From NCBI GenBank assembly GCA_012295275.1, contig CM022665.1, positions 35,216,001 to 35,280,000 on the forward strand: 64,000 bases of DNA. The letters are read 5' to 3'. The stretch comes from Chrysomallon squamiferum (taxonomy: Eukaryota; Animalia; Mollusca). The notes under the pieces are model-generated. The model saw nothing but the letters and a program-made list of their open reading frames with translations. It was not told where the DNA came from and searched no databases. A program made the position numbers and the translations under genes. Shown piece by piece: positions 40,774 through 57,200 of this stretch (its first letter is position 1; each line of letters begins with the position of its first letter).

Positions 40774-43130
40774 TATTGTAAATGTTCCAATACCAGATAG
40801 CTGTCTTAATTTGACTGCGACTGTTAGAGAAATATACATGCTTTTCTTTGAGAATTGATCATTGTTGGTGATCTTGACAAATATTACTAAGTTCAGCGTG
40901 CTGTGGAAAAGCAGGACAGTTTGTTTGTTTTATTGTCACATGACTTCACAGTATATCTAGAGTATGTGTAATCAGAGTAATTTATTGAAATTTAAAAAAA
41001 ATAAAATGTATGCTAATTCACTGTAAGTGCTAAACAAAATATTATTTTCTGTTCATTTTTATTACATGGTTGAAACTGATTTAATTTTATTTTTATTTTT
41101 TTGTGGGTTTTTTAGTTGAAATCGTAATGCATGAAACAACATTTTTCTGGTGTTTTTTTTCTTTTAACAATTCTGATTCATTTTAATTTGATTTTATTCA
41201 AGACAGCATATCTTGTGGACTTTCAGTGTAATGTATTTTTATAATCTTATGGAATAATGTTGCCAAGCTGCAGAAATAGCCCTTTTAGAAACTTTCATCT
41301 TCATATGTTACTTATATGAATATACATGTAGTTATAATGTATTGTTTCCAGTACATGAAAATTACTAATATTTAGTAATGAATAAAATTTAATAATTTGT
41401 TTTAAAATGCAAGGTTTTATTTTTGACTGGAAGACAAATTCAGTTATTAATGCTTACTCCATCTTAATTGTCTTTAAAAGTTTTTTCATAATTTGTGTTC
41501 ACAGTAATGATCTTTGTTTTTGTTTTTTGTCACTGTATAATAGATCTAATCAGGCAATCACTGCTTGCAATAATGTAGCTTTCACATATATATCTCTGTT
41601 TGCTTGTAGAAATACGGTAATCATGTGTACACGTACATATAAAACTTTTTCCCCCAGTATAAAATTTTCTTTTACAATTTCTGTATATAGTATGTTATTT
41701 CTAATGATGTGTTTATCACACTGATCAATAAAGAAGAATTCAGTTTAAAACTGGTAACGGACAATAATTATAAAAAAAAAAAAAAAAAAATACTTTCATA
41801 ATTTTGAAAAGACAATCACCACAGTTTTTGATTTTGGGTCAACCATTATTATGGATTTCATGTATTTTAAATCATCAGTTGCATATTTATTCCAATGACA
41901 ATATTGTTAAAACAGTTATTGTTTAGTCTAATCTAAGGAGACAAATGTCATGTATTTAGGCATACATGTGAAAACTATAAAACATTTGTATATTTTATTT
42001 CAGATAATTTCTAATCTCAATATCTGTTTTTCAGCCTAACATTTTTTTATCAAATGAAATGTTTTAGTATTTTTATTAATTTTTCTGTAGTAAAAAGGTA
42101 CATGTTGTTTTTGCTTTCACACTACACAAAAACTGGTAATAATTCACCCAGTATTGAAACATACAGAAGTGATTGAAAGTAAAAAAAAAAAAAATCAATA
42201 AAAAAAAAATCACTGATACAAAGCAGTATGGAAATAAATCAGTATATGTGTCAACAATTTTAGGTTGAATAATAAGTTCCTATATTGTACCAGCTTACTG
42301 AACACAGAGGGTAGAATTTGTCACTATTATTTTGAACTTGTTTAAATTGAGTTGCTGATAATGCTTAATAGAAGCTACTGCTTAGATGGTAGAATATCTC
42401 TTAATCTGTGGTGTATGTAATATCTGGAATAAACTCTATGGATTATGGATGTATGTGTTTATTATTTATTTAAAGGTAGCAAGCGTGAAATGGTTTTAAT
42501 TGAACAACATACTCAACACAGACATGATACATATGTGAGTGTATATCAATGTTTATATGGCATCAAATATAATGGATAAGGATGACATACAATAAAAAAA
42601 ACAAAAACAAAATAGGCAGTGACATTATTTTGATTAGTAATTATGAATCTTTGCAAATGACACTTTTCTGGTAACTGCAGGATTTCTAGCAGACAGTAGC
42701 CTTTAGGAAAAAAAAAAAAATATGTCCTATTGCTTAAGTTTCAGCATTGCTCATGCTTTTATCATATTAACTATACTGGACAACAAAATTATTAAATAAA
42801 AAATAATTAGCAATCTTTATTGCAAAATATTGGGCATTAAACAGCCTACATATTCAGTGCAACAATAAAAAATACTTTCAACAACATAATTAAGACCAGT
42901 ATCAAACTGTTCATTACAATAATTAAAACAATAAAATAAATTTGATTTCCAGATAAAACAACTGATGAAATAAATAAATAATAAAAAGTTGATTTCGAAG
43001 TAAAGTTACACTGTTGCAAACATAAAATGGGATAAAATTACAATGTGAGTATCAAGCAGAATTAATATAATATTTATATAATATAGAATTTTATTTTTTT
43101 GTCACTAAAAGTTTTTCAAATATAAATCAA

Positions 43131-46100
43131 TTAGTTTTGAAATACTTCACAGCTTTCGTGGCTTAGTGATATGGGTCTAACTGTACAACCTGCAAAAATA
43201 AACATATATGCTAAGAAATTAAGAAAACAAAAGTAAAAAAAAATAATATATATATATAAAAAATAATAAAGTAAAACAACATTTTTTTAGAATACTTTTA
43301 TAACATTTCAGACTGTTCCAAAGAAATGATTAACAAATTGTAATTCATCTTCTGAAATTTATTTGTACAGTACTGTTATCATATGTTAAAATTCACAAAA
43401 TAGAACCAAAACCATCTAAAAAGACATAAAATAAAGAAATCAATTACCTACAAAAAAGGAAGAAATCTCTAGGGAGAAAAAGAAAAGAAATGAAAACCAT
43501 GTGATGCCTAAATAATATTATTACCAAACAAGTACTGATAATGTTATACTTGTTCTCAAAAATAAACTAGTTTATTCAACAAAAGTCCTATTTTAACATC
43601 TCACCTGTATCTGAATTAATCTGCTTCTCACCTGATTCAATCTCTGACATCTTAACAATTTCACAAAGGTACTGAAAAAAAAAAAAAAAAATTAAATAAA
43701 TAAAGATTTAGGGAGGAAAAAAACCCAACAAAAACCCCAAAATAAAAAACCTAAATATACGAAAAGAAATGGGGACTTAACAATTTTATAATAGGCATTA
43801 TTTATTACAACTAGTACTGTAAAGGTTTCAATATTATAAATTCCAGTATCCTCTGAAAATGTAAATTAATCTTTTATTCTTTTTTTGCTTTGCCTTTTTT
43901 TTATATTTTCCTATCCGAAGGGGAAAAATAGAAAACACCTGCAACATCAAAATATCCTAATGTTTTTCTTTCCAGCGTTTGTTATAACAGTGATAAATTT
44001 CTTTTTTATACATTTATTTATTTACGTTTTTGATATTATCATGCATTTTTATGTATGAAAAACATCTCGGATAACATCATGCTGGTTTGAATCTGTGATA
44101 TATAAAATATACTTACATATTACAGATAAAAGATTAACTGTAAATGTTAATAAATATTACTTTCAACATGTCAGTACTGAATTAACTATACTGGGTTGCA
44201 ACAAAGGTCCGTAGCATTTTTTGAATGAAATTCAGACAATATTTTTAGATATTTGTACACAGATTTATTCAGCCACTTGTGTATCATTTTATTCACCTTT
44301 CAGAATATGTCCCATATTGCAGTCACATGTGAAATTTAATAATGTGCTCAAATGCCACCTATTGAAAAATGCTACAAATGTTTGCTCCAACCCAATAAAT
44401 AAGGAAACCACCCATTAATTTAAAAAAAATCTGACAAAATCTGTAATCTGCTTGAAACCAAAAATGCTAAAATTTGTCACTCACTTCAATAATGTGCACA
44501 TCAGAATCTATGAGCCCAAGCTTTGCCATAAAACTTTTCACTGTGTTGCGATAATGTTCTGATTGTGTGTGCAACCCATAGTCACTGAAACAAACACAGT
44601 TCTTTAATCCACACATCTGACATTATTTATATCTGATAATATCAGTGATTGCAATTTGAAATTTATTCCAAGTCTAAACTTTATCACAAGCCAATGACAG
44701 GATTTTAAAAACACAACCTAATCTAAATATTCTTTATTTGCGTGAGTACCTTTAGGGACTGCTACAGTAGTCATGATTATGACTTACCATATACCTACAG
44801 AAACAACTTAAGCTGAGTTATACAAGGACTTCTGGGGTATTGTACCAAGACTTCACTGGTCCAGCATGATGGCTGGGTATCATCTATTTCAACCATAGAA
44901 ATTTTTTTTTCATCAGATGGCAATATTCTCACAGCAGTAAAAAGGTTAAATAGAAAGAATAAGTTGCACTTACTGAACAAAGCTCCCTGCAGATCCCAAG
45001 CAAAAGGAATGATAAAATATAAAAGCTCTTGAAGAAATTTCCATTAACCAGCTGAAAAGATAATGAAATGATATCTATACATAAATAAAGAAATTAATCT
45101 GTTAAACAGAGTCCATAATAGACACTCTTTGCTAAATGACAGATTTATCTTAGACTAAATGTAAAATTTACAAATAAAAACAAGGTTTTCAAATATGATT
45201 TTGAACATAGCTTCTTTATATTTCTTTGTTCAATGATTTAATTCATTACAGAAATCAAAACTGATATGAAAGGAATTAGTATTATTTTTTTTAAATATTT
45301 TCAGAATGCCCCAACCAAAACAAATAAATATACAAATAACTAACTAAATAAACAGCAATCAAATTTTGTGTGTATGTGTGTGTGTGAATCACAGTGAGGT
45401 AATGTATAGAAGCCTAATACATACCTGCAAGTTAAATGATACTTACCAGTGTAAGAAAGTTATAAATTCTGCATCAGATGAAAATGCTTTTCTTTTGCCA
45501 AAGATAATATGAAGTTGATTACCCTAATAACATAATATATATAAAAATATATATATATAATAGAAACAAAATAATAATAATTTTTTTTTCTGAATCAGTA
45601 AATAAATATTAATTTTCGGCATTATACTTAAAGTAAAAACATTAAATAATTATTTAAACCATCAAGAAATCTTTCAAAATAATAGATGACAAAATGTTTT
45701 AAAATATTAACATGCACAATCTTTGTGATAATCAAATTTTCTTCTATAAAGTGCTAATTACACACCCAAAACACATATCAGCAAATTACACACACAATGT
45801 GACACAGAAAGACAACATACCAACACATTTATGTAAATTACTTTAAACTATGTAATACAAACAGAATTACACTGGTGAAAAACCAAGTTTAAAACATACA
45901 ACACTCATAAAACACACCTGGTAACGTGGAGCAGTGACAATTTGTTTTTCCATATCAAACACAGAAACATATTTCTGAAATATATATAAATGGAATAATT
46001 ATATATATATATATATAAAACAGCCAACCACATGGTTATTTATTTTTGTTTATTTGTGAAGATCATGCAGAAAATGAAAGAAGGTTAAGACATACTGTGA

Positions 46101-49100
46101 TATATATGTGCTTTGGTAACTAATATTAATTATTTTTATTTTGGATTTTTTCAGCTACATGACGAGTTATGGATTTTTGGTAGAATTAGTAATGCTTGCA
46201 ACAGAAATAAAAAAAATTGTGAATTTAGCAATAGTTTGTTGCTTCAATACAAAACTGTTTCAAGTCACATTTTTTTCAGAACTCAATGCTTGATATTCTG
46301 AAACCCTAAAACAAAGATTTATTCACTGTTAAAATTCTGTTGGTGTCTTGATACTGGTATCTATGAGGCTAAACTGTAACTAGAAAGCAATCAAAAATCA
46401 CTGTAAAAAAGTTATAAACTAACATACAGTTACAACCTTCATGAAGTGATGGAACTAAACATGTAACAAAACTTTACCATACATGACATATTGCCAAGTC
46501 TTCAACTTGTTTATATCCTCACCTTAATGACACTAGGAATTACTTTCTCTAAAGCTTTCTTTTCTGGTCGACACACTCCTGCAAGTTTGATTCTGCCAAG
46601 ATCTGTTATTCTCAGTGGTTTTGACAACCATTCAACTACTGATGAATGTTTTCTAGAATAAAAATAAAAATTAAACACTAACATTCTGTGGAGACAGTTT
46701 AAGAGAATATGTATTTGATTACACTGATTTTAAAATAAAGAAAGCATTCTTTAACACACTTACATGGATTAAATGATTAAAAACTCATTCCTGACAGATT
46801 CATATGTGGTTAATGTGTGAAAATGTTATGAATATAAAGTGTATATACAGTAAAGGTAAATTCTGTATACAAGTTGGCAATCCTTTATCGAAAATTCTTG
46901 GGCAGGCATCCGTTTCTTCTGGAATTTGGAATAATCATGAATTCAGAATGGTAATATGTCACAACACCAAACAGTAACAAGAGTCAGATATAATTATACT
47001 TTGTCATATTAAAAGCTTGTTGGGTCAATTCCTATATTCTTAAAATTTTATAATTTTAAAATGACATTTTTAAATACAAACCTTCTATGATCAGGAAGGA
47101 AGATGGATAAAGCTTTGACAACAGCAATAACTTCATTTTCCATTTTAAATGATCCAACAACAAACACTGTACGTCCTGTCAGCAAACTGAAGACAATGTT
47201 AATCAAACTGTTATATGCACTGATAATACCCAGGACACCAAAACCTGTAATAATAATAATAATAATAAATAAGCACATACATAAGAAAAAATTCATGAAA
47301 AAAACCAAAGAAAAAACAACAACAAAAAAACAACTATAAAAATAAAGAACAAGAAACAACCACAACAATAATAATAAATAGCAGGTAGAATGAAAACTGT
47401 ATGTAAAGATCAAACAGTTCACAAGTTAAAAAGTTAATATATGGTGTATCAAAAATGAATTCCTGTGAACAGACTGTGTTAACATTACCTGGCATTCCTG
47501 GTTCCAGTTTGCTGATACTGTCTCCTAAGCTGAAGAGCCCATTTTTAGGTTTCCTGATAAATAAATAAATATGTTTTAAAATATTATAAATTTTATTTAT
47601 TACTCAATTTGACTTTATTTTGCATTGAGATATTCATGTAAAACAGTCCAATCTGAAAGTTAAGCACTTAATAATTTCTTTCACAAAAAGTAATTGATTA
47701 TCATGTTCAAATCATCAATGTAGCATTAACTTGTTTTGAATTAGCACAATGAAGGCAAAAAACAAATAAATTAAGCTGTATAAACCTGGATGTTGGAAAA
47801 GAAGATGAAAATGATGAAGTGTGTGTCAGTCCTTCTTCATAACTGTTAGGAAATGTATCTGAAAAATAAATAGAAGAAATGTTATTAAATGAAAAACACA
47901 AAAATACTTAAAAAGAAAAGAAGAAAAATGTTTCTTTGTGACTGTCTGGATTTTCAATTATTAAAACAATACACAACCAAGGAAAAATAATAACTGAATA
48001 ATTATAAATACAAATACATGCCTAGATTTTCACCATTTGTTTCTTCATTATTCACCAGTGGCTGTTGTGAAAAATCTGACTTTAATTTGCCTGATGTAAA
48101 ACTGGAGACATCCTTCATCTCACAAACAGATTCCATATCAGCACAGTAATTTGGAGAAATGGAAATGTTTGATCCAGGAGTTAAATTAGAAGTGTTTAAA
48201 TCATAAAGTTGACATGTTCCAAAACTGTCATCAGCAGAACGATGGACTGATGTTTTTCTTTCTCGACTGTCTGAATATTGATCAACTAACATGACAGCCT
48301 GACTTGGTGGTTCTGAAACTTTAATGCCTGATATGACAATATGACTCGTCAGTCCTGAAACTGGAAGATTTGTCCCCACTTCCTGTCTATCTGATTCTGA
48401 AGTATTTACTAAACAAGAAAACAAAGTTTCCTTTGTGGAATCTTCCACATTGGATGATACAGAAACCAAATTGTTACTCTGAATATTTTGGTTAGCAAGC
48501 TCAGATAAACCAGATGTATCTGACCTCATCATCCCAGCATCCTTCTCTCTATCTAAGTTACTCTTTGTTTTTGTCTGAGTTGAATCAGACATGCTTGGTG
48601 CTTCATCTGTTTGGTAAAGACTGCTGGTTGAGCCACTACCACAGCTCACTTCACTGTTCATTCGACCACTTAATGGTTTTGGCTTAGCTGTATTTTCATC
48701 AGCAGCTACTTTAGTTGGATATGAATCTGAAATTCTGTACAAAACGATATTATTAAAAATTAAAATAATAATGACTACTGCAGTATTTTAATATATACTG
48801 TCATAATGCAGAATCCAAAGAATACTCCATGACAACAGTTTAGTGGAAAGACATTTCTCTATGATCTGCTATTTCTGAAAATCTGATTATTATGTAAAAG
48901 AAATAACTGTAAAACTTTAGATCAATGGTGAAAAAGAAAATGTTTAAACAGATTCATATCTGTCAAATACTACTTACAGTGACATTGGTGACATCTGCTC
49001 GTTGTAGTACATATCTCCATCATCCTCAAAAGACCCAAACGTACTTAGAGATTTGAAACTGTCACTCTGAAAGAGACAACAAAATTAATTACATCAATAT

Positions 49101-52100
49101 TAGTTTAATTAATACCAATTAAAACTACAGTCAGTGTGAATAATTTAAAAAAAAAAATTCAATGTTTTTGTCATAGGCATATAAATCCAGAAGTGATGCA
49201 AGTATACATAAAAATAATCTTGTTGCTAAAAGAAGAAAGCTAGTCCACTATATAAAATTTTCAGGATTCCTCTCTTAACCTTAAGTATGACCTCATAAAA
49301 CATAGTTTACAAAAATGAACTGATTAGAAAATTTCACCAACTTATGCTCATAGTAACAAACACTTATTACAAAATAAACCCACAAGAGACTGATGACTTA
49401 GATTCAGGTATTTGGAGCTAAGTGGTCCTGAACTTAAGCTGCTTGGCTCTTGAAGACCACTGAAAAATAAGACAAAGTGACAAAGTTTCACACATATTGA
49501 GACCTCCAGAAAGTCAAACTGTTATCCAATAGTAAAATCCACATGAACAAGTACAAAACGAATGTCATCAATTTTAGTTTAATAAAATGAACAAAATTAC
49601 TTTGTGGTATCATGTTAATTACTAAATGTTGGCAATGCTAGTTATGATATAAAACTTCTGCTATACATTCATGAGTCCTGCCAACTACAATATATTAATA
49701 ATAAAGGAATCATGTGGATTTATATACTTTCTATCATATATTTTACTACTTTATACTACCAGTATGCTGTGCTATTAACTATACTGTACTTTACTGTATT
49801 GTACTGTACTACTTTACTGGACTATTCTGTAATGTTCTGTAATGTAGTGCATTGTACTATATTATACTGTACTGTATATTATTACCATACTTTGTTATGC
49901 TATGCTATGCCACATTCTAATTGCAATGTACTGTAAAATGAATGTTGGGAAACTGGATTGATTATCAGATACTTACAGCTTCAATCCAGAAAGAAAGTTT
50001 GATGTAATACACTGCCCACATGTCACTAGTGATCCAGCAGGTTCTGAAATATATTAAAACACTGGTGATTTGTTGTGTTAAGAAGAAAATAGGACATAAA
50101 AATCATATTTAAGCAAAAAATGGAACATCAAGATAAAAACTAATAAATAAGTAAATATTTTATCTATAAAAATAGCCTTTAAATAAACTAAGAATTTTTA
50201 AAGAATTGTGAAAGACAATTTAACTACAGAATGAAAAATAATAATTATAATAACAAAAAAATTTGGTAAATGTTTAAAAAAAATAATAAATCAAAATAAA
50301 ATTTAAAAAAAGAACTGAAAAAAGAAACACACCTGTAAAAATCAAATAAAAGTATAATCTTGCTACAGTAAAAGTAAAATGGTTATCACCTGTAAGAGCC
50401 ATTTCTTCCTGTTCAATCTGAATAATCAGTGTTTCTCTGTTGTAATACTGAAAACAAATTACTAACAAGCTTAAATATATTAAATATATTATGAAAATTA
50501 TCACAGAATTACTGAAACTATTAATTTCTACTGATGCCATATTTCAGAATATAAATACTGGTTAACTATTTTTCTGTTTGGGTTAAAGTACATATGGTTA
50601 AAATAGAAACTATCAGAGATAATAAAACAGAAGGCACCTATATACAGTCAAGAACACTGTCATATCAATTAGGCCACAATCCAAGTGCATATTTTTATAG
50701 TTTAGACATTAGAAATTATGTTTCAATGACAATTTTAAAATTAGAGGTGTCTACAGGAATAATTACTTCAACAGGAGAAATATTAAACGAGCAGAAGCGT
50801 TTTTTACCTGTCAATATATAGCTTTAAAAGTGTTTCAACTAAACATATTAACGACCTGATTAACACAGATACTCCAAAACTTAATAAAGACACTGCAAAT
50901 AAATTAGAAGGTAAAATATGTATGCAGGAGTTAGTACTGACGTTAAAAAAAATGAAGAATAATAAAAGTCCAGGTCTAGATGGATTTACGATTGAGTTTT
51001 TCAAATTCTTCTGGATAGACTTGGCTGATTTTGTTTTAAAAACTATAAATGAAGATTATGATAAGGAAGAGTTGTCTGTATCACTTAGAACAGGGGTAAT
51101 TACTTGTATTCCAAAAACAAATAAGAACAGACATCTTTTAAAAAACTGGAGACCTACATCACTGTTAAATGATATTTATAAACTAGCATTCACCTGCATA
51201 GCAGCATGAAAAAAGCTAATTTTAAATAGTATTATAAATGAAGATCAGAAGGGCTTTGTAGAAGGACGCTTTATTGGGGAAAGTATAAGGAGATTGTATA
51301 ATATTTTATTCGAAAGTAAGACTAATAATATATCAGGACTAATACTTTTAATTAACTTTGTAAAAGCATTTGATTCTATATCAATGCAATTCATACACAA
51401 AACTACAATTTTTTTGTTTCGGTCCATCAATTCGTAGACGGGTTTCTACGTTTTACTATAATGCAAAGGCATACATTTTACCTAACGGACATCTCCCAGA
51501 ACCTTTTAACATAGAAAGAGGTTGTTGGCAAGGAGATCCCCTTTCACCATATTTATTTATTTTATGTGTAGAAATTCTTGGAATTCTTGTTCGGTCAAAT
51601 CCTCTTATTAAACGCATTGATATATGGGGTTCAGAATATAAATCTGGACAATTTGCTGATGATGCTCAATTGTATTCAGATGGATCTCCTTCCTCTCATA
51701 GAATTGCAATACATATTTTAGATATTTTTAGAGACATATCGGGCCTGAAAATAAATATAGAAAAAACAAAAGCTATTGGTTTAGGTCTCCTTGTGAATAC
51801 TATGGCAGAAACGTGCAAACAGCTAAGTCTAGACTGGTGTGAAAATAATTTTGAGGTTCTAGATTTAACACTTAATAAACAACTAGACAATATTTGGATA
51901 CTAAATTTGGATGAAAAGCTGGTAAAAATAGAAAAACTGTTAAATTCATGGCATGGCAGGTGTGGAACTATATGTGGTAGGTAATGGTTGTAAAAATATT
52001 AACTATGTCAAACCTAACTCATATTTTTACCAGCCTACCAAATGCACCTAAAGAATATATATTAAAAATAAATAAAATGATTTTCTCATTTATATGGAAA

Positions 52101-54248
52101 GATGGTCCAGATAGAATTAAATGCTCAGTTATTATAAAAAGAAATACCATGGGGGGGTTAAAAATGGTTGAAACATTAATATTCATTAAAGCTTTAAAAG
52201 TTTCTTGGTTAAGATGTTACTTTTAATTGGACAGCAAATGGAAATGGTTTTTAAATAAATATATAGATAATCTAGCTTTATCTAAACTGGGAGCCAATGT
52301 TGGTGAATATACAAATAAAAAGTTCAAAAATCCCTTTTGGAATAATGTATTGAATGCATGGAAAGATCTTGTGCTAAAAATAAATAGTAAATGAGCCGTT
52401 ATGGTAGAACACACATTTTAAAAACAAGTAATTATTTTTCCTCAGTCAGTATAATAACAGTATAATACATATCTGAAATCTTTTAACAGAAACATGATAT
52501 GTCATTCCTTTTGCATAGTTAAAACAAAAATATAACATATGAGGAACCTTTTTAGATTATGAAATGGTAATTCATAGTATCCCTGAAAAGTGGAAATGCA
52601 TTGTCGTACAAGGACAGATAAATCTATATAATACATGGTGTCCAATGCATATGTTATTAATGACAAACATTAATAAAGGTTGTGGTGAATATTATAATAT
52701 TCTGTCTAGAAATGGAGATCTGCCAACACCACAAATCTGCTGGTCTTTAATAATAAATGATGACAACTACCCATTAATATGGAAAAAGGCATATTTAACA
52801 CCCAGATTATCTACTTAACAAATCGCTCTTATTGATTTTCAATATAAAATTCTTAATAGAATAATAGCAACCAATAGCAATCAATAGTTTTCTTTGTAGG
52901 ATTGGGATTCGGGATGATGCACTTTGCACATTCTGTAAAGAACACGAGGAAACGACCTTTTTGTAAAATGTTCCAAAGTGACAAATTGGAATCTTGGATT
53001 TTTGATGTTACTGGATTTCCTTACATTTATAAACAATAGAAAGATAATATTTGGTTTACAAACAGAACAAAAAATACTAATCATTTAATTTTATAACTAA
53101 ATGATATATATATATATAATGTTCGTGCAGCTAACACTTCACTATCATTTCCTCGTCTTCTAGCCATGGTAAAACATTATTATATGATAGAAAAAATAAT
53201 ATCACAAATAAATTTGCAAGGGGACGATCATATTAAAAAGTGGTGCCTCTTTGTTGCGGTACTAGATGCTATTGAATAAGTGTATTCTTTGTCTCAGTTT
53301 TCTTTTTTTTTAACTAAAGTTGGTTTAATCAACAGGATTTTAAATGTATCTGTAAACATATATATTTAATATAACCAGACAGATGTATCAATCAGGTAGA
53401 AAAGGAGCTCTGTTGTGAAATACCCCATTGTTTTTGTAAATGCTTGTTATACATGCTGTGAATATTTTTTATTTTTTTGGTTCCTTGAATTTATATTTTG
53501 TAAATTATGTTTTGTAAACTGTACCAGTTCCAATAAAATTAAAGAAAAAATAAAGAATTAAAAAAAAAAATAAAGGTCTCAAAGGGGTAAGAACAAATTT
53601 ATTTATATTCTTATTATAAATATTAATGATTTACTATTAATTTTATTTTACTTTATACTACTTTATTTATTGATTTGTTTACTTTTTAGCACTTTAAAAT
53701 TTAAAATCTACAAAAGAGGAAGATCTTCTACCTCATGTATTTGCCGCAGTTTCTTAATTCCCTCCTTTGCACCCCAGCTACACATCTCATGAATGCTTCG
53801 TAATGTGTTATCAAATTTTTTCTTTCTAGTTACCTCTACAAATTTGGGCTGCAATTGAATTAAAGGCAACTGAATTCAGATGTAAATTAACATTTACCTG
53901 TAATCAAACACCTGGAACACCAAAAAAAGGTAGATAATCAAAATATATAAAACTTTACAAAGTGTTGTTTTGTATAAATCTTGTAGAAATTATTTAGCTT
54001 ATTTTGCATGTTACAAGTTTTGTTAAATGTTTTTCTTACAGAAAAACCCTGGACTGTTTATGACCAATCCTTTATATTTCAGATAAGAGAATGTTGAGCT
54101 ATGAGCAGTAACTCAAGAACAATGTACAATTTATAATATTAACTCACAGTTTGAAATCACATTCCCCCAAGAAATATATTAAACTCCACTAGACTGGAAA
54201 ACAACATAATAATGATAATAACAACAAACATGATCACAATATGTTAAC

Positions 54249-54282
<34 letters not shown>

Positions 54283-57200
54283 TATCAACCATGATAATGA
54301 TATATTAATGACAACAATAACTAACAATAATGAACATTTAGTTAAATTTTGATTTAAAAACAAATAACATCTTACTGTGTATGGTTTTTTCTGACAGAAC
54401 AGTGAAAAGGGAGCATCTCCTGATTCTGTCCATGAACAACCTGAAACATACAGAATATACTTAATGGGTATCTCTATCAAGATGAATGTCTGTTTCTGTG
54501 TTTTAAAATAAAAACAAAATTGTATTTTAAATCACAGTGAACTGGAATGTGTTTTAAAAATTAGGAGAGTTTTGCTGAGATTACATGATTAATCAACAAC
54601 AATGCATCTATAGGACTATTGTAATCAGGGCTTCATGACTGGTTTATCAGAAGTCATGTCTATGTTTCCCAGTTTATTGAAAAATGCATTAATTCTATTT
54701 TCTGGTTAATTGTAACAACCTACAAATTTCCTTTTCTGCTTCATCCTTGAAAAAATATATAAAAAATACAGAAGATCTCTAATGATTTATAAATATATAC
54801 GGATAACATACTGAATTGTTTTCCATTCTCATTATCAATGATCTGTTCAGAGAGACTGACAGTTTCTTGGTTGTTTAGACTGGTTAGGTGTTGGCCAGCT
54901 TTCTCCTCCAGTGTTCTTAGATAATCTTCCAGTTTTGTGTCATTCTGAAACAAAATTAAAAATATTCTAAAACTGATAGAGCACGACTCTTTGCAATAAA
55001 TGATTATCAAGATATGATCAGTTTAAATTAAGATAAACTATGGTATGAGATCTTTAAGGTAAATGGTTATCACAAATTAATTTTTGCAAGATACCTTATG
55101 GCATGATCTCCTCAAGGTAAGGAATGGAATAACATTTTAAAAAGAAATTATGGCGTGATTTCTTAATGATAAATGACGTTTGCTAGTTGAGCTACAATGA
55201 ATCTTATTTAGTTTGGTCTAAACAAAAACTTACCATCAAAGGTTTCAAAATATTAAGAATCTGCTGAGTCTCATTAATGGCTTGTCTGATTTTCTCTAGA
55301 TCCTGATATACTTCATTTTCAGAGGAGTTCATTTCAGAACCATCTGGACAACCATTCTTCACCCGGAGCTGTCCTAATGAAGTAAACAAATTCTGTTTAA
55401 TTATACTTTAATGTCTTTTGTATGAAGAGTTATTTATTGTCAGAAGTGTTTTTGTGTGGGTTTTTTGTTTGTTTTGGAGGAGTTTTTGACTTTTATAAAT
55501 AATGATTAAATGTCTTAAATCACTAAAAATATAGTTTGCCTTGATCAGTCTGATTACAGAATATTATATTTACAAACCTTTAGAGAACTGCAAATCCAAC
55601 AGATGTCTTTCTAGGTCTTTAATAAACACTAAACGGTTTCCATACTTCATAAACCTTGCAACCTAAACATAAAATTACACACTCCAGTTAGTCAGTTAAA
55701 TACATATTACTAATAGTAATGCATTTTTAATTTAAACTGTACTGTGACTGTCAGCATTAATTTATACTTCTTGAGACACAATTTATAATTAAATTCTTTA
55801 TAAATTTCAGAAATATATATACTGAAAGTTTTTTTATGTTCTATACCTCTTCTTACAACAAAAAAAAATAATTAATGAATTAAGTTCTCCATTAGAACAT
55901 TACCACTTTTGCTGAAACTGCTCTAAATAATTTCAAATCAAATAAGATACTTTGTTATTCTGAAAATTAACTAACAGTTAACCCAAAAGTGTAGTATCAA
56001 TAAAATAGTAATAAACTAACTGTTTGAAAAGAAATTAAAATTTTACCTTTTTAAATTGTAGTGACATTTGCTCGTAAAAGTTCATTAATTTCCTTGAAAA
56101 AAAAATTTCAAATAAATAAAATATAAATGCTGATCAAAGAATATCACTTTCATGTATCATTATAAGTAAGTAATTACACTGAATAACAATACAATTTTGG
56201 AAGTTAATATATTATTTTCATTCATTGATATATATTAGAGAGTGTCAAAACACATTGACCATGTGTTTATTTAAATTGTTTTTTGAGATTACCTTTTATC
56301 AGAAGTAATGTAAGCTATGCAGAAAGATCTAACAAATCCTCTTGCTTCAGTATCAAATAAAACAAAATGATGAACCTGAAAATAAGTATTATTAAAAGTC
56401 CACATATAAAACAAACATATTTGTATAAAATAAAGACATTTAATAAAAAATAAACACAAAAAGTAAGACATGTTTATTTTTCACTCCTAGCTCAAGTTAA
56501 AGATGCATGCTTGACTTGGCACAGAAAATAACTGACAATGAAACAGCACAGAGGATTTTGATAGTACAAGTGGAATCCTTAAATACTTGGCTTACAAAAA
56601 ACCAAAGCATGGAAGTCCATTATCATATTGTATTTTCTCCATAAATACATATTCTAGGCAACAGCCTGGTTTATTTAACTCAATATAATGACCATAATAA
56701 ACTACTGAAGCAAAAAGCATAGATTCATTATTTTTAACATACTTTTTAGTAATCTGAACAAAAAGGATAAAGTAAGGGGAAAAAAAAAAAAATGATAATG
56801 TCAACCAATGAACAAAATTATGTACAATCACATATAAAATTTACAAAACGATGTTTTTAATTTAATATCACTGTTAGCCAACTAAGTTGATTATAACTGA
56901 AGTATCTATAGACAAAAAAACATGAGTATATAACTTACAAAACTATAAACTGCTTTATAGGCATCTGAGATGACCACCTGTGTATCTTCTGATATTGAAA
57001 ATCCCCTGAATATCATTAATAAATAACTATCAGTGATAATAAAAGTGATAAGAAAATTGTTAATTTTTTCTCTCAAATATTTGAAATATATAATTAAAAA
57101 AAAAAAAATTTAAATTAAAATAAAAGAAAGCAACCAGAAATGAATAAGGATATCAGTTATATATTCTTTAAAAAAATATTAAAGATCATTCCAATGGACT

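Noticed and set aside
44795-44980. 61-aa minus-strand ORF in SMCR8
   Set aside because: The flanking exons join in frame without it and it has no SMCR8 similarity
53898-53911. 14-nt AG/GT-flanked microexon in SMCR8
   Set aside because: It would shift the frame, it leaves only a ~49-nt intron, and the flanking exons already join in frame
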